A stretch of 64,000 nt of DNA from assembly GCA_965242725.1 (NCBI GenBank), contig CBDESZ010000016.1, forward strand, positions 1 through 64,000, given 5' to 3'. The stretch comes from Alkalispirochaeta sp. (lineage in GTDB: Bacteria; Spirochaetota; Spirochaetia; DSM-27196; Alkalispirochaetaceae). The position numbers were made by a program, and so were the translations under genes. Shown one piece after another: positions 41,507 through 51,461 of the stretch. The stretch's first letter is position 1; every line of letters begins with the position of its first letter. The notes under the pieces were generated by a model. That model worked only from the letters and a program-made list of their open reading frames with translations, searched no databases and was not told the origin of the DNA.

Positions 41507-43260
41507 CCTGAAAACGGACAGCTGTTATGAGTGATGGCGAGGATTTTGTTCCTTCAGGCAGCTGTCCGTTTTCGCCCGGAATCCCTGTCCGAAATCACCG
41601 GAGTACACACTCTCGAAGAGAAGCTCCAGCTGGCTGTTTTTCTCCGTTTCGGTCGTTCCAGTGAGCAATCCACCGTCGCTCCCGGCCAGGGCGATCTGTT
41701 TACCGAGGCCGATGACACAACCACGGCGGAGTCAGAAGAATCCGAGGACAAAGACACCGTAACGGTCGCCGCCCATACGAAGAAAAAGCCCGGCCGCAAG
41801 CCGATTGATCCGGCGCTTCCCCGCTTTGAACGGGTCATCGATATTTCCGATGGCGACAAACAGTGTGCCTGTGGTCACCAGATGGTACGGATCGGTGAAG
41901 AAGTTACCGAGCGCATTCAGGTCATTCCGGAGAAGATCTGGGTCGATCGTATCGTTCGCCCCAAATACGCATGCCACCAATGCGAAGGGTCCGGTGATGA
42001 ATCCAAACCCGCAGTGCGAATAGCGCCGGTGGAACCGACAGTGGTTCCCGGAGGTATCGCCACCGCGAGCCTGATCGCCTTTATCCTGGTTAACAAGTTT
42101 GTGGATCACTTGCCGTTCTACCGGCAGGAAAAACGATTTGAGCGGATCGGGATCACCATATCCCGAGAGAACATGAGTAACTGGACGATCCGCTCTGCCC
42201 AGGTACTCCAGCCATTGATCGATCGGTTTCGGACGCTGATTCGCGGAGGGCCGGTGGTGAATGTCGATGATACCCGGGTACAGGTCATGAAAGAACCGGG
42301 GCGGGCAGATACAACGAACAGCTTTATGTGGCTTGCCCGCGGCGGGCCGCCGGATTCACCGGTAACACTGTATCACTACAGCCCGACCCGGAGCGCCGAC
42401 TATCTCAGACGACTCCTCTCAGGGACTGCGCTCTACATGCAGGGTGACGCGTATCAGGCGCATGAGCAACTGGCAAAGGAAGAACCCGGCATTATGCGGG
42501 TTGGGTGCTTCGCCCATGCCCGGCGAAAGTTTCACGAGGCGGCGAAGGGGAGCAAGAAAGCCGGCGCTGCCCACGAGGGGATGAAATACATCGGCCAGCT
42601 CTACCGGATCGAGACGGAGTTGCGTGCATTGGGTCTCTCCGACGATGAGTTCTCTAGGAAACGACGTGAGAGGACAGAACCGATCATGGCGAAGTATCAT
42701 CAATGGTTGACCAAGAAGCAGCAGGCCGTTGTTCCTTCAACTCTTCTGGGAAAGGCAGTGACCTATACGCTCGACGAATGGCCGGCGCTTGTTCGCTACC
42801 TCGATCACCCGGCACTCACCCCGGACAATAATGCCGCCGAAAACGCAATCCGCCCCTTTGTTCTGGGCCGGAAGAACTGGCTGTTCTCCGGAAGCCCGAA
42901 CGGCGCTGCCGCCTCATGCGCGATCTATTCATTGATCGAGACTGCGAAGCAGAACAGCCTGAACCCGTTCGCGTATCTGTACTATGTCCTTGATCGGGCT
43001 CCACGGATCATCGCCGATTCCGAATGGGATGAGCTGCTTCCCGGTAAGCTCACTGAGGAAACGATATCAGCATCCTACCCCGCACCGGGGCGTTTAATTT
43101 GACGGTTACGACTAAAAACGAGACATGCCAGTCGAGAGTCACCAAGAAAAGTGCAAAAGAATCTGGACACTACCCGAACGCTTCGAAGGTATTCTGTATA
43201 GATTTTGCGACAGCCTCTATATGCTTCGTAAATGTGATGACCGTTCACGAAGAGGATAGT

Positions 43261-44196
43261 TTAAGGAGTCCCACTATAGGAAACCCTGGTACCAATAATC
43301 GCGCCCGCCGCCTTACGTTCATCAATGCCGTGTTCGTCTCCGTGTATCCGCAGTACCGTACAATCACGGAATCTTTGAGCGGCCAGGAGCATCCCGAGAC
43401 GATGTGGTTTTGGCCCTAATGGAACGATCGAAACGTCCGACTCGTGGATAAACTCTGAAATGAGTTCAGCTATCGCTTGAAACACGATGCGAACACTCCG
43501 AATGGGCAGAGGAAACACCTGATCGGCGTCTTCTAATATTGCTTTGTTCGCGTCACGCGCCCTTTGTGAGTATTCGTCATGTGCACCGGGATCGGCATAG
43601 ATAGCGATTAGTACTTCTGGTTCCAATTCTTCGACCACTGCTGTAGCAGACCATCCATCGAATCCTAAACCAACTATTGCGGTCGACATAGCAAGTGTAT
43701 ATGGCATACCCTCAAAACCAGGTATAGCGGCAACACTCTGTAGTTCCAGCCGCGGGTGCTCAGGCATATATTCTGCCAAAGAATAGAAGAAATCAATCGT
43801 AACATCGCGATCAAAGGATGTATTGGAGCACCAACTTAGTAATGCAGCGTACCACGATGTACTCATCGAGCTGTAGTCGACAAGCAGATGAAGATTGCTG
43901 GTACTGGAGTTTCGGACTCTGTCTAGGATTGAGTATATCGTTTGTTGTGATTTTCGTTGCTCGGAATGAAACTCAGAGGAAAAATGTGTTGAAAAAAAGG
44001 TATCACTCATTTTGCGCTGATGATTATCCGAATAATCCGTGTATCCGAGTACATGAGTATTACAATCAAGCTTCCCCTTTAGTGCAGTGGCTAAGTGTGT
44101 TGCTCTCGATTCATAACCTGACGCAAATATAGCCGCATCATACGATGTCGTTTGTGAAGTCTCCAAATCAATGTCTTCAACTCTATATAACTTCAT
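43261..44196 (-). CDS. Hypothetical alpha/beta protein (possibly tandem Rossmann-like/CARF-like), last gene of the four-gene operon
   Basis: 311 aa; ASGYESR, LVDYSSM, VGLGFD and VPLGPKP motifs; ATGA overlap with the ATPase. Fold is inference only. Confidence 0.7.
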   Translation of the reverse strand: MKLYRVEDIDLETSQTTSYDAAIFASGYESRATHLATALKGKLDCNTHVLGYTDYSDNHQRKMSDTFFSTHFSSEFHSEQRKSQQTIYSILDRVRNSSTSNLHLLVDYSSMSTSWYAALLSWCSNTSFDRDVTIDFFYSLAEYMPEHPRLELQSVAAIPGFEGMPYTLAMSTAIVGLGFDGWSATAVVEELEPEVLIAIYADPGAHDEYSQRARDANKAILEDADQVFPLPIRSVRIVFQAIAELISEFIHESDVSIVPLGPKPHRLGMLLAAQRFRDCTVLRIHGDEHGIDERKAAGAIIGTRVSYSGTP

Positions 44197-46016
44197 TGTT
44201 CCTCATTTATTGGTAGAGATAATTGAGTAGATTCGACGCCATCGCCGTTCTCAATCTGCTCCTGACCCTGGCTCAAGATCTTTGATAGTTTGACTGGCCT
44301 TCCATTTCTCGGTAGTAGACGGAAGTGCGGGCATAATGCAAACGCGAGTTGAAATGTGCCAGTTTTTTCGGGTAGTTGGTCTGGCGAAGACCGCCTTCTT
44401 CGTGGATAGAGTAAGCCGAGTGAGACGGCCCGACTGATAACGGGCCAGTATTCTTCCGGCACGTCTTCGTCGAATTGGATCGCTGAATACACATCGGTAG
44501 TCAAAGGCGAAGTATGAAACCTATTCCGAAAATACATGCCAATTCGGTCGATAAGTTCGAAAAGTGCGGTCCCAACAGCCTCGTCGCTCCTCTTTCTTTC
44601 TAGTTCATCTGCTGAAAAAGAGATTAGTTTCTCGGATTGGCGCGTCTTGGAAACTACGGGTTCTTCTTTATTCACCGAAGACCTGGCCGCTGACTTAAAC
44701 TCGAGCAGGTACTTGTTATATATTCGTATCAGCTTTCTTGTGTTAAAATCCGCACATCTGACGATCAACTCAGCACCGGAAAATACGTCAATTTGTGCGT
44801 TACCGCGCTCGTTAGCTACCGCTTCGCGCAATAGCAGTGCACCGCGAATCTTTCGATCGATTGAATCTCCAAACTTTGCGGGCGAACTTGTGACAAGCTC
44901 ACGAGCTCGGTCTCTAGTTTCGGTGCTACAATACTTTTCAATGAGTTTATCGATTCTATCGTCCAGTCCTTTCGAGTACTTGTGGGGCTGAAGAAGAACT
45001 GAGTGTCCAAAGAGTTTGTGTAGAGTGATCTCTGACGTGAATGCATGAGATCTTGCCACCCGCTTATTGAGGATCGTAGCAGCAAATTGGTACCCCGGCG
45101 CGTCGGTTCGGCCACTTCTTAATACGGGGTCTTGGTCAATATACACGTATTCGAAATCGTGTCCTATATCTAGCGGGGCAGCTATATTCGTAGCAAGTGT
45201 GCTATGGTAATAAGGCATCGTAACAATCTTGAGAAACAGATTTGCAGACTCTGCCCGCATCAGAGTATTTAGGACACGAAGGTGTGATTCTTCTAGATAC
45301 TCTGCTTCGTCGATACAAAGTGCCCAAGCTGCACTTTGCGACAATTCTAGGATCTCCGTCGCGATCGGAATGCCCGTCCTAATCATGCTTAACAGCGGCA
45401 CATCGAGTTCGTAACCTACTGACATGTCGGACCGGTCATTCTCATTCGATCTTTTCGCCTGTAATAGGTTCTTGTGGTGTGCGATCTCCAGGAAATGCTT
45501 CTGTATACTTCCGAGCTGAGCGATCGAAATCTTTCCACCAGTCCACAAACTCGATAGCTCTTGAGACAGTAATCTCTCCCTACGAGCCCGACGACCGGGA
45601 TCTTCGAAATACCGATTAAGGCAACTTCGAAGTGATTCAAGGAAACTAATTACGGTGAGTAGGTTAAAACGCCACTGAAACTGACTTTCAGCTTCCTCTT
45701 TTGAACTCCAAGGCTTGCTACGAAGTGCTCCTACCCACTCCAAACTCGTCGGTGTGTACATGCCTATGAATGCACGATCTTCTATCGCACGCTTGGCAGG
45801 CCTTTCATCTAAGAGCGATAAATGGGAATGTGATAACATCCGTGCCAGAGAAGTCTTTCCGGCTCCGCGTGAGCCGAGGATCACATGATGCTTCGGTGTC
45901 ATCAGACGCCAAAACGCTTTAAGGGGAACGAAAGTCGCGGCGATGTCTTCAGCGTTGAGATGCTTGGCATTTTCAACTTCAAAAAGGTTTCTCGACACCT
46001 GAAATTGCTTACTCAA
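44193..46016 (-). CDS. ORC/CDC6-like (STAND-related) AAA+ ATPase
   Basis: Walker A GSRGAGKT, Walker B LCIDEAE, probable winged-helix C-terminus. Confidence 0.75.
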   Translation of the reverse strand: MSKQFQVSRNLFEVENAKHLNAEDIAATFVPLKAFWRLMTPKHHVILGSRGAGKTSLARMLSHSHLSLLDERPAKRAIEDRAFIGMYTPTSLEWVGALRSKPWSSKEEAESQFQWRFNLLTVISFLESLRSCLNRYFEDPGRRARRERLLSQELSSLWTGGKISIAQLGSIQKHFLEIAHHKNLLQAKRSNENDRSDMSVGYELDVPLLSMIRTGIPIATEILELSQSAAWALCIDEAEYLEESHLRVLNTLMRAESANLFLKIVTMPYYHSTLATNIAAPLDIGHDFEYVYIDQDPVLRSGRTDAPGYQFAATILNKRVARSHAFTSEITLHKLFGHSVLLQPHKYSKGLDDRIDKLIEKYCSTETRDRARELVTSSPAKFGDSIDRKIRGALLLREAVANERGNAQIDVFSGAELIVRCADFNTRKLIRIYNKYLLEFKSAARSSVNKEEPVVSKTRQSEKLISFSADELERKRSDEAVGTALFELIDRIGMYFRNRFHTSPLTTDVYSAIQFDEDVPEEYWPVISRAVSLGLLYPRRRRSSPDQLPEKTGTFQLAFALCPHFRLLPRNGRPVKLSKILSQGQEQIENGDGVESTQLSLPINEEQ

Positions 46017-46017
46017 A

Positions 46018-47238
46018 TTACGACTCCTTCAAGAGGATCAGGTTGTCCAGATTTTCACCATGCGGGGTTAGCGATAGGTCCGGGGGCAGGATCTCCAATG
46101 CCGATCTGACGCGTTCGAAGGGTACGTATTCCAATGATAACATTGCTGCGAGATCTCGCCACTTGATGTGATCTTTAGTCGAGAACACTTCCCTTATCTT
46201 TGGTTCCACTCTAGATAACAATTCTCCTTCACGCAAGTATGAGCCAAAGGGATATCGATGGGCCACTCCATTGTGGGCGTCGCTAGGTTTCCATCCCTTG
46301 GCAGCTGTATGGGTCCAACTTTTGACTTCACCGTACGCCGAAAGATCTTTGGGATCTCTACCGTTCACTTCAATTATATGGAACTGATTATTGACCACTC
46401 CGCTCCACCTCGAGTCTAAGATTGCAGAAAAGCTCCCTGCTCCTATCACTACAAGTGGAAACGCACCATTTATACTGACGGAATGTACATTCGGTGCGTG
46501 CTTGTGTCCATGTATCAACAGATCAAAATGATTTCTCGAAAGAGATTGAATTAAGTTCATACTATTGGTCATAACGCTAAAATCAGGTTCATCAGGTAAC
46601 GGGTCACTATAAGCCAACACATGATGATGAACGACAAAAATCCTTAGTTGGTCGTGGTTTGGACTTTTCTGAGTTATTAATTTATCAATTGTTTCCACAG
46701 TTCGCTGTGGGATCAGGCCGTGGTGATTCGATTTCTCGGGTCGATCATGCCAGGATGAATTGAATGTCATAACGTATGCTTCCGGGAAGCGCCATTCGCA
46801 GACAAATGGAGCAATGTCGAAGGAGCCTCGGGCACTTTCATGTCTTTCGGTGAGGTACGACGCAGTGCGTAAAAGGGGATCGTAGCGTTGCTTGTGTCGC
46901 AATCCTGTTGGATCATCGCTGTCGATCCGTAGAACACTCCAATCCACGTCATGATTACCTGGAACGAAAACTACCTTATCATTAGATATGTTAAGTACGT
47001 TGCATATCCGCTTTATCGCTGTGACGGCCAATTCCATTTCCCTCGGATCTGCTCTGTGAGATAGGTCTCCGGGTACTATGAGAATATCTGCGGAAAGACT
47101 TTCAGTTCTAACAAAGTTTTCGAAACTATCGAGATAGTTGTCAACGAAATGTTTTTCGTCTCTTGAATCAGGACATAAATCATTTGCCTTGGACCCGTCC
47201 CCAGAATGAAGATCACTTACTACTGCAATGCGTGTCAT
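46018..47238 (-). CDS. Calcineurin-like metallophosphoesterase with C-terminal extension
   Basis: SDLH, GDLS, PGNHD, HHH and HGHKH metal-binding motifs are all intact. Confidence 0.92.
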   Translation of the reverse strand: MTRIAVVSDLHSGDGSKANDLCPDSRDEKHFVDNYLDSFENFVRTESLSADILIVPGDLSHRADPREMELAVTAIKRICNVLNISNDKVVFVPGNHDVDWSVLRIDSDDPTGLRHKQRYDPLLRTASYLTERHESARGSFDIAPFVCEWRFPEAYVMTFNSSWHDRPEKSNHHGLIPQRTVETIDKLITQKSPNHDQLRIFVVHHHVLAYSDPLPDEPDFSVMTNSMNLIQSLSRNHFDLLIHGHKHAPNVHSVSINGAFPLVVIGAGSFSAILDSRWSGVVNNQFHIIEVNGRDPKDLSAYGEVKSWTHTAAKGWKPSDAHNGVAHRYPFGSYLREGELLSRVEPKIREVFSTKDHIKWRDLAAMLSLEYVPFERVRSALEILPPDLSLTPHGENLDNLILLKES

Positions 47239-48044
47239 GATGACAATCCTAGATTTAAGTTTGAGGCGACGATTTCTGAGGCCGGGTTCCGACGTTCTGC
47301 CTTGCTGGCCATCCGACGTGGAACAGAAATAGTGCTAAAGTTCCACTTGTTTTTTAAGTTTTGTATTTGTTCACAATCCGCATAACTGAGTACAAAAGCC
47401 GCTCCACGTTTGTCAATAACCTCAAGAACACGCATGAGTCTCTCTAAGTCGTCAAAATCGAACAGTTTTGGCCCATATTGGGTGAAGGATTTTACCCCAC
47501 GGCGAAAATACGGTGGATCTAGATATACAAAGTCCCGTTCTCGAACATTGCTAAGAAGAAAATCCTCAAAGTCTATGCAGGAAAACGTTACTCTATTCAT
47601 TGTTGCACTTATTTCTCTCAGTCGGTCTTTTGATGGTAGTTGACCGGTTTTCCTTGGCGCATAGGGCACATTAAACTCTCCCTTGTGATTGGTTCGATAC
47701 AGACCATTGAAACAATACCGATTCAAAAAGATGAATCTCGCTGCCCTTGCTACATTATCGTCGAGATTTGTCTGGCTTCTGACGTGATAGTAGAATGCTT
47801 TCGTGTTGGGCATTTTTTGCAAATTGTCGGCCACCTCGTCTGGTCGATCAACAATCGTTTGGTATGTTTTAACTAGTTCGCCATTTAAATCGTTGAGTTG
47901 CGCCGTATGTGGAAGAAGGCGAAAGTAAAGAGCAGCAGATCCCGCAAAAGCTTCGAGGTATCTTACAAAGTGTGGAGTCCAGAATTCCTGAAGCAATGGT
48001 AGTAGAGCTTTCTTACTACCAGCCCACCGAAAAATAGGTTCCAT
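47235..48044 (-). CDS. Dam-like (D12 class) N6-adenine DNA methyltransferase
   Basis: RWAGSK, EAFAGSA, FNGLYRTN and VYLDPPY motifs. Confidence 0.93.
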   Translation of the reverse strand: MEPIFRWAGSKKALLPLLQEFWTPHFVRYLEAFAGSAALYFRLLPHTAQLNDLNGELVKTYQTIVDRPDEVADNLQKMPNTKAFYYHVRSQTNLDDNVARAARFIFLNRYCFNGLYRTNHKGEFNVPYAPRKTGQLPSKDRLREISATMNRVTFSCIDFEDFLLSNVRERDFVYLDPPYFRRGVKSFTQYGPKLFDFDDLERLMRVLEVIDKRGAAFVLSYADCEQIQNLKNKWNFSTISVPRRMASKAERRNPASEIVASNLNLGLSS

Positions 48045-48455
48045 TTTATAACTATAAACTAGAATTTATGTGTCGCACAGCGCTTCATTTCGAAGACCCA
48101 CCAACCATTTCTCTAAAGTCTCGCGGTCCGCCTCATCGTGGTATGAGAAACTCTAGAAAATCGGCAATCCTTCCATACATAAAGATAAAGTACGATATTT
48201 TGCGCACTTTCATGGGAGTTGAAAGAAACGGCCCTCGACTGGATAGTGTGAGTTACCCCTAACCAACTATCACAGGAGGACTGTCGCGGGCCAGGCATAA
48301 TCCCCATAAATTTGGCGTTGGGGCCATGGATATTCCCCACCCGCCGAGCCCCACGGGGCCATTTATATTCCCCAGTTTTTCCGCAATAGGGCCATCCATA
48401 TTCCCCACCTGATGGGGTGATACCGGTACCCTGATGCGCAGGAGGACTGTGGGTC

Positions 48456-50069
48456 ATGGGATACCGTATGCTGAAGATTGATCACCTCTATGAGGTATAC
48501 CGTCGCGCCATCGCCGGAGAAAGCAAAAGCGCGATCGCCATACACACTGGATGGGATCGCAAGACGATCGGGAAATACATCAGGATTCTCTCGGAGCGGT
48601 CACTACTGCCGGCAGAATTGGCAGTCAGCCGGGATGCGTTTCAGAGACGGGCAGGAGATCTTGCCGATCAGCCGCGTGAGAAGTCTACACCGGCGAGGGA
48701 TCAGCTTATTGATCATCTTGATGAACTGCGCGAACTGATCGCTCCGTCCAAAGATGAGAACGGGAAAATCGAAAAACCGATGCGCCCGAAATCGGCATAT
48801 CGGGTGATCCTCCGGCGCCATAACCTCTCCATCGGATACTCGTCGTTCAAACGGTTCGCCCGGGAACACGGTTTAATGGAGGTTGCAAAGAAGACGTATA
48901 TCCGTATTGAGTTACCGCCGGGTCGGGAGGTCCAACTTGATTACGGCACCATGGGGCTTCTGGCCGTGGATGGGCGGAATCGCACGATCTACGCCTTCTG
49001 TGCAATTCTTGCTCACTCTCGCAAGCCCTTTGTCCAATTGGTCACCAGCCAGAGCGAACAGAGCTTTGCGGAGAGCGTGGTTGAGATATTCCATTTCTAC
49101 GGCGGTGTCACCGAGTTTCTCACGGTGGATAACCTGAAGGCTGCGGTGATTAAACCGGACCTCTGGGACCCGCAGCTGAACCGGTCTCTGGCAGAAGTGG
49201 CTGAGTATTACGGAACCTTTGTGAATACCGCTCGGGTAGTGACGGCAACAGATAAAGGGAAGGTCGAGCGGATTATTCCGGTTGTCAGGGAAGCGTATCG
49301 TGTCATCAGAGCAGTCCATCCCACCGCGACCCTCACGGAAATGAACCGCTACATGCTTCAATGGTGTGTCGACGAATACGGTACGGAACCGCATGGAACG
49401 ACTCGTATTCCACCTGAGGAAGCGTTTGTGGCCGAGCAAAATGCACTCAAACCGCTCCCGGAATCGCGATTCGAGCCGGCTTCCTGGGCCTATCCGAAAG
49501 TTCACAAGGGTGATGGCTTTCTGAGCTACCACAAGATGCGCTTTGCCGTTCCGGCGAAATACCGGGGAAAACAGGTGGCGGTACGCGCTACCAGGCGCCT
49601 GATCGAGATTTTTCATGGCCCGGAGCGTATCCGCATCTATCCATATGAGCCGGGAACGCGGGTGTATTACTTCACCAGCGACTTTCCGGCGGAAAAACAG
49701 GCGATGATGGACGGGTCCTATCCACAACACCTTCTCCAGCGCGCGAATTCGTACGGGAGTGCAGCCCGGGATCTGATTTCCGCAATCCTGGCGCCTCACG
49801 CGTATCTCAACGCCCGTCAGGCTCAGGGACTACTCCGTGTTATGGATGAATTCCGCGAACATCCGGACTTTGATACTCACTGCCTCACCGCACTGCGCCG
49901 CCGGATCGTCGTTCCCAAAACGTTCAAAGCATTGTTTGAACTAGACAGGACCGCCGGCAGGCGAGGAACACTCTCTACCACGCCCGCTGTCGATATGACG
50001 ATGGCACGGGATATCACCTATTTCTTTGACCTTCAGGAGGAACTCGATGCAGCAGGCTCACGAAATTGA
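48456..50069 (+). CDS. istA: IS21 transposase
   Basis: VQLDYG, VDNLKAAV, DKGKVER. Confidence 0.93.
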   Translation: MGYRMLKIDHLYEVYRRAIAGESKSAIAIHTGWDRKTIGKYIRILSERSLLPAELAVSRDAFQRRAGDLADQPREKSTPARDQLIDHLDELRELIAPSKDENGKIEKPMRPKSAYRVILRRHNLSIGYSSFKRFAREHGLMEVAKKTYIRIELPPGREVQLDYGTMGLLAVDGRNRTIYAFCAILAHSRKPFVQLVTSQSEQSFAESVVEIFHFYGGVTEFLTVDNLKAAVIKPDLWDPQLNRSLAEVAEYYGTFVNTARVVTATDKGKVERIIPVVREAYRVIRAVHPTATLTEMNRYMLQWCVDEYGTEPHGTTRIPPEEAFVAEQNALKPLPESRFEPASWAYPKVHKGDGFLSYHKMRFAVPAKYRGKQVAVRATRRLIEIFHGPERIRIYPYEPGTRVYYFTSDFPAEKQAMMDGSYPQHLLQRANSYGSAARDLISAILAPHAYLNARQAQGLLRVMDEFREHPDFDTHCLTALRRRIVVPKTFKALFELDRTAGRRGTLSTTPAVDMTMARDITYFFDLQEELDAAGSRN

Positions 50070-50817
50070 ACACGAACTTAAACGACTACGCATGCCCGGA
50101 GCGTACCAGCAGCTTGATCACCGGTTGATTGAGGCTCAAGAGCAGAGCCTCGGTTATCTCGAGTTCCTCGCTCTGGTTCTCCACGACGAACTGGCAAACC
50201 GGGAGGCGAACAACTTCACCAAACGGTTGAGTCAGGCATCCCTGGGAACCCGGGAAACCTTCGATCGCTTCGATTTCCGTTTCAATGATGAAGTCTTTCC
50301 GGCGGCAACGATCCGCGACCTGGCATCATGCCGGTTTATCCAGCAGCACACCAACCTCGTTATTGCCGGTCCTCCCGGAATCGGGAAGACGTTCATTGTG
50401 AAAGCGATCGGCCACGAGGCATGCCGCCAGGGATTCACCGTGCTGTTCCGCAGCACTCAGCGGCTGCTTTCCAGCCTCCTTACCGCTTCACCTGATCGGC
50501 AACGACGGATGCTCAAGAAAGCGTGTTCCGTGGATGTCCTCATCCTCGATGATTTCGCCTTCCGCTCTCTTGATCAGCATGAGGCGGAGATGCTGTACAT
50601 CATCGCCGAAGAACGGAACGGTATCTCCTCGACCATTCTCACTTCCAACAGACCGCCGCAGGACTGGTACAGCATCTTTCCCGATCCCATCGTTGGTGGT
50701 GCTATTCTCGACCGCATGGTCTCGGGAGCGATTAAACTCATTACTTCGAAAGGGCGCTCGTACCGGAAGGAAGTACACGGCTCCCACACCTCAAAATCAG
50801 CTCCGCCAAAATCGTGA
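50047..50817 (+). CDS. istB: IS21 helper ATPase
   Basis: GPPGIGKT, LILDDFA, AILDRM. Confidence 0.95.
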   Translation: MQQAHEIEHELKRLRMPGAYQQLDHRLIEAQEQSLGYLEFLALVLHDELANREANNFTKRLSQASLGTRETFDRFDFRFNDEVFPAATIRDLASCRFIQQHTNLVIAGPPGIGKTFIVKAIGHEACRQGFTVLFRSTQRLLSSLLTASPDRQRRMLKKACSVDVLILDDFAFRSLDQHEAEMLYIIAEERNGISSTILTSNRPPQDWYSIFPDPIVGGAILDRMVSGAIKLITSKGRSYRKEVHGSHTSKSAPPKS

Positions 50818-50914
50818 CACCCCCCCGGATACCCTTATTTTCACTGGGGAATATGGATGGCCCTGGGGTGGGGAATTACGCGGCCCTTGACAAGGACCGC
50901 CATGAATGGAAATT

Positions 50915-51400
50915 ACGCCCCAAACCTGCCGGCTGTTACGATTTAAACCTGCCACCCATTCCGGCTAAACCTGCCGGGTATTCCGACGTAAACCTGCCAA
51001 ATTTCGGCGGTCATCGTAACGGGTGGCAGGTTTGTATCGGAATGGAGATTTGCATCCTCGCAAGAAACGTTGGAACTCGTCATCGTAGCCGATGAGGAGG
51101 AACCGAATGCCGAAAGCGAGGATCAGCATGAGTAAAATACGAGAAATCATTCGGTTAAACGAATCTTCCGGATTATCCATCCGGAAGATCAGCCGCGCAC
51201 TGGCCGTATCCCGGCCGGTGATGTCGGAGTATCTCAAACAGGCAGAAAATGCCGGACTGAAATGGGCGGATGTGGAGACGATGAGCGACGATGAGTTGCT
51301 CGAGCGTTTGCGGGATAGCGAAACACGGCGATATGATCCACGATACGAAGTTCTGATGAATCTGATGCCGGGAATGGTCAACGAGCTGGGGCGACGCCGC
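50915..51400 (+). mobile_element. IS21-family remnant no. 3: left end plus truncated istA (ATG 51107)
   Basis: AAACCTGCC four times at 22-23 bp spacing (50922, 50945, 50967, 50990); MSKIREIIRL...LSIRKISRAL HTH; lost after ~98 codons. Confidence 0.85.
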
Positions 51401-51461
51401 GGCCGTATGGGTGAGATACCGGTCGTGTGGAAACCACACGACCGGAGCTTTGCTCCTGAGC

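Larger units (their letters stand above)
39007..41609 (+). mobile_element. IS21-family element no. 1
   Basis: IRs TGTGTACACCGG / CCGGAGTACACA; 4-bp TSD CTCT (39003-39006, 41610-41613); CGGACA repeats at 23-bp spacing (39026, 39049, 39072, 39095). Confidence 0.95.
38858..43102 (+). pseudogene. tnpC: IS66 DDE transposase interrupted by an IS21 (38858-39006 + 41614-43102)
   Basis: Removing the IS21 and one CTCT copy rejoins NEVQSL-EEKLQLAVFLRFGRSSE in frame; Zn finger CACG...CHQC, CFAHARRKF, DNNAAENAIR. Confidence 0.93.
36709..43109 (+). mobile_element. IS66-family element containing two nested insertions
   Basis: Ends GTAACCGTC (36709-36717) and GACGGTTAC (43101-43109); 8-bp TSD GACTAAAA at 36701-36708 and 43110-43117; tnpA-tnpB-tnpC. 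Confidence 0.95.
48282..50892 (+). mobile_element. IS21-family element no. 2
   Basis: Ends TGTCGCGGGCC / GGCCCTTGACA; 5-bp TSD AGGAC (48277-48281, 50893-50897); repeated ATATTCCCC boxes. Confidence 0.93.

Noticed and set aside
36709..50892. A single composite transposon carrying the four-gene operon
   Set aside because: The flanking elements belong to different families and each has its own matched TSD, so they inserted independently.
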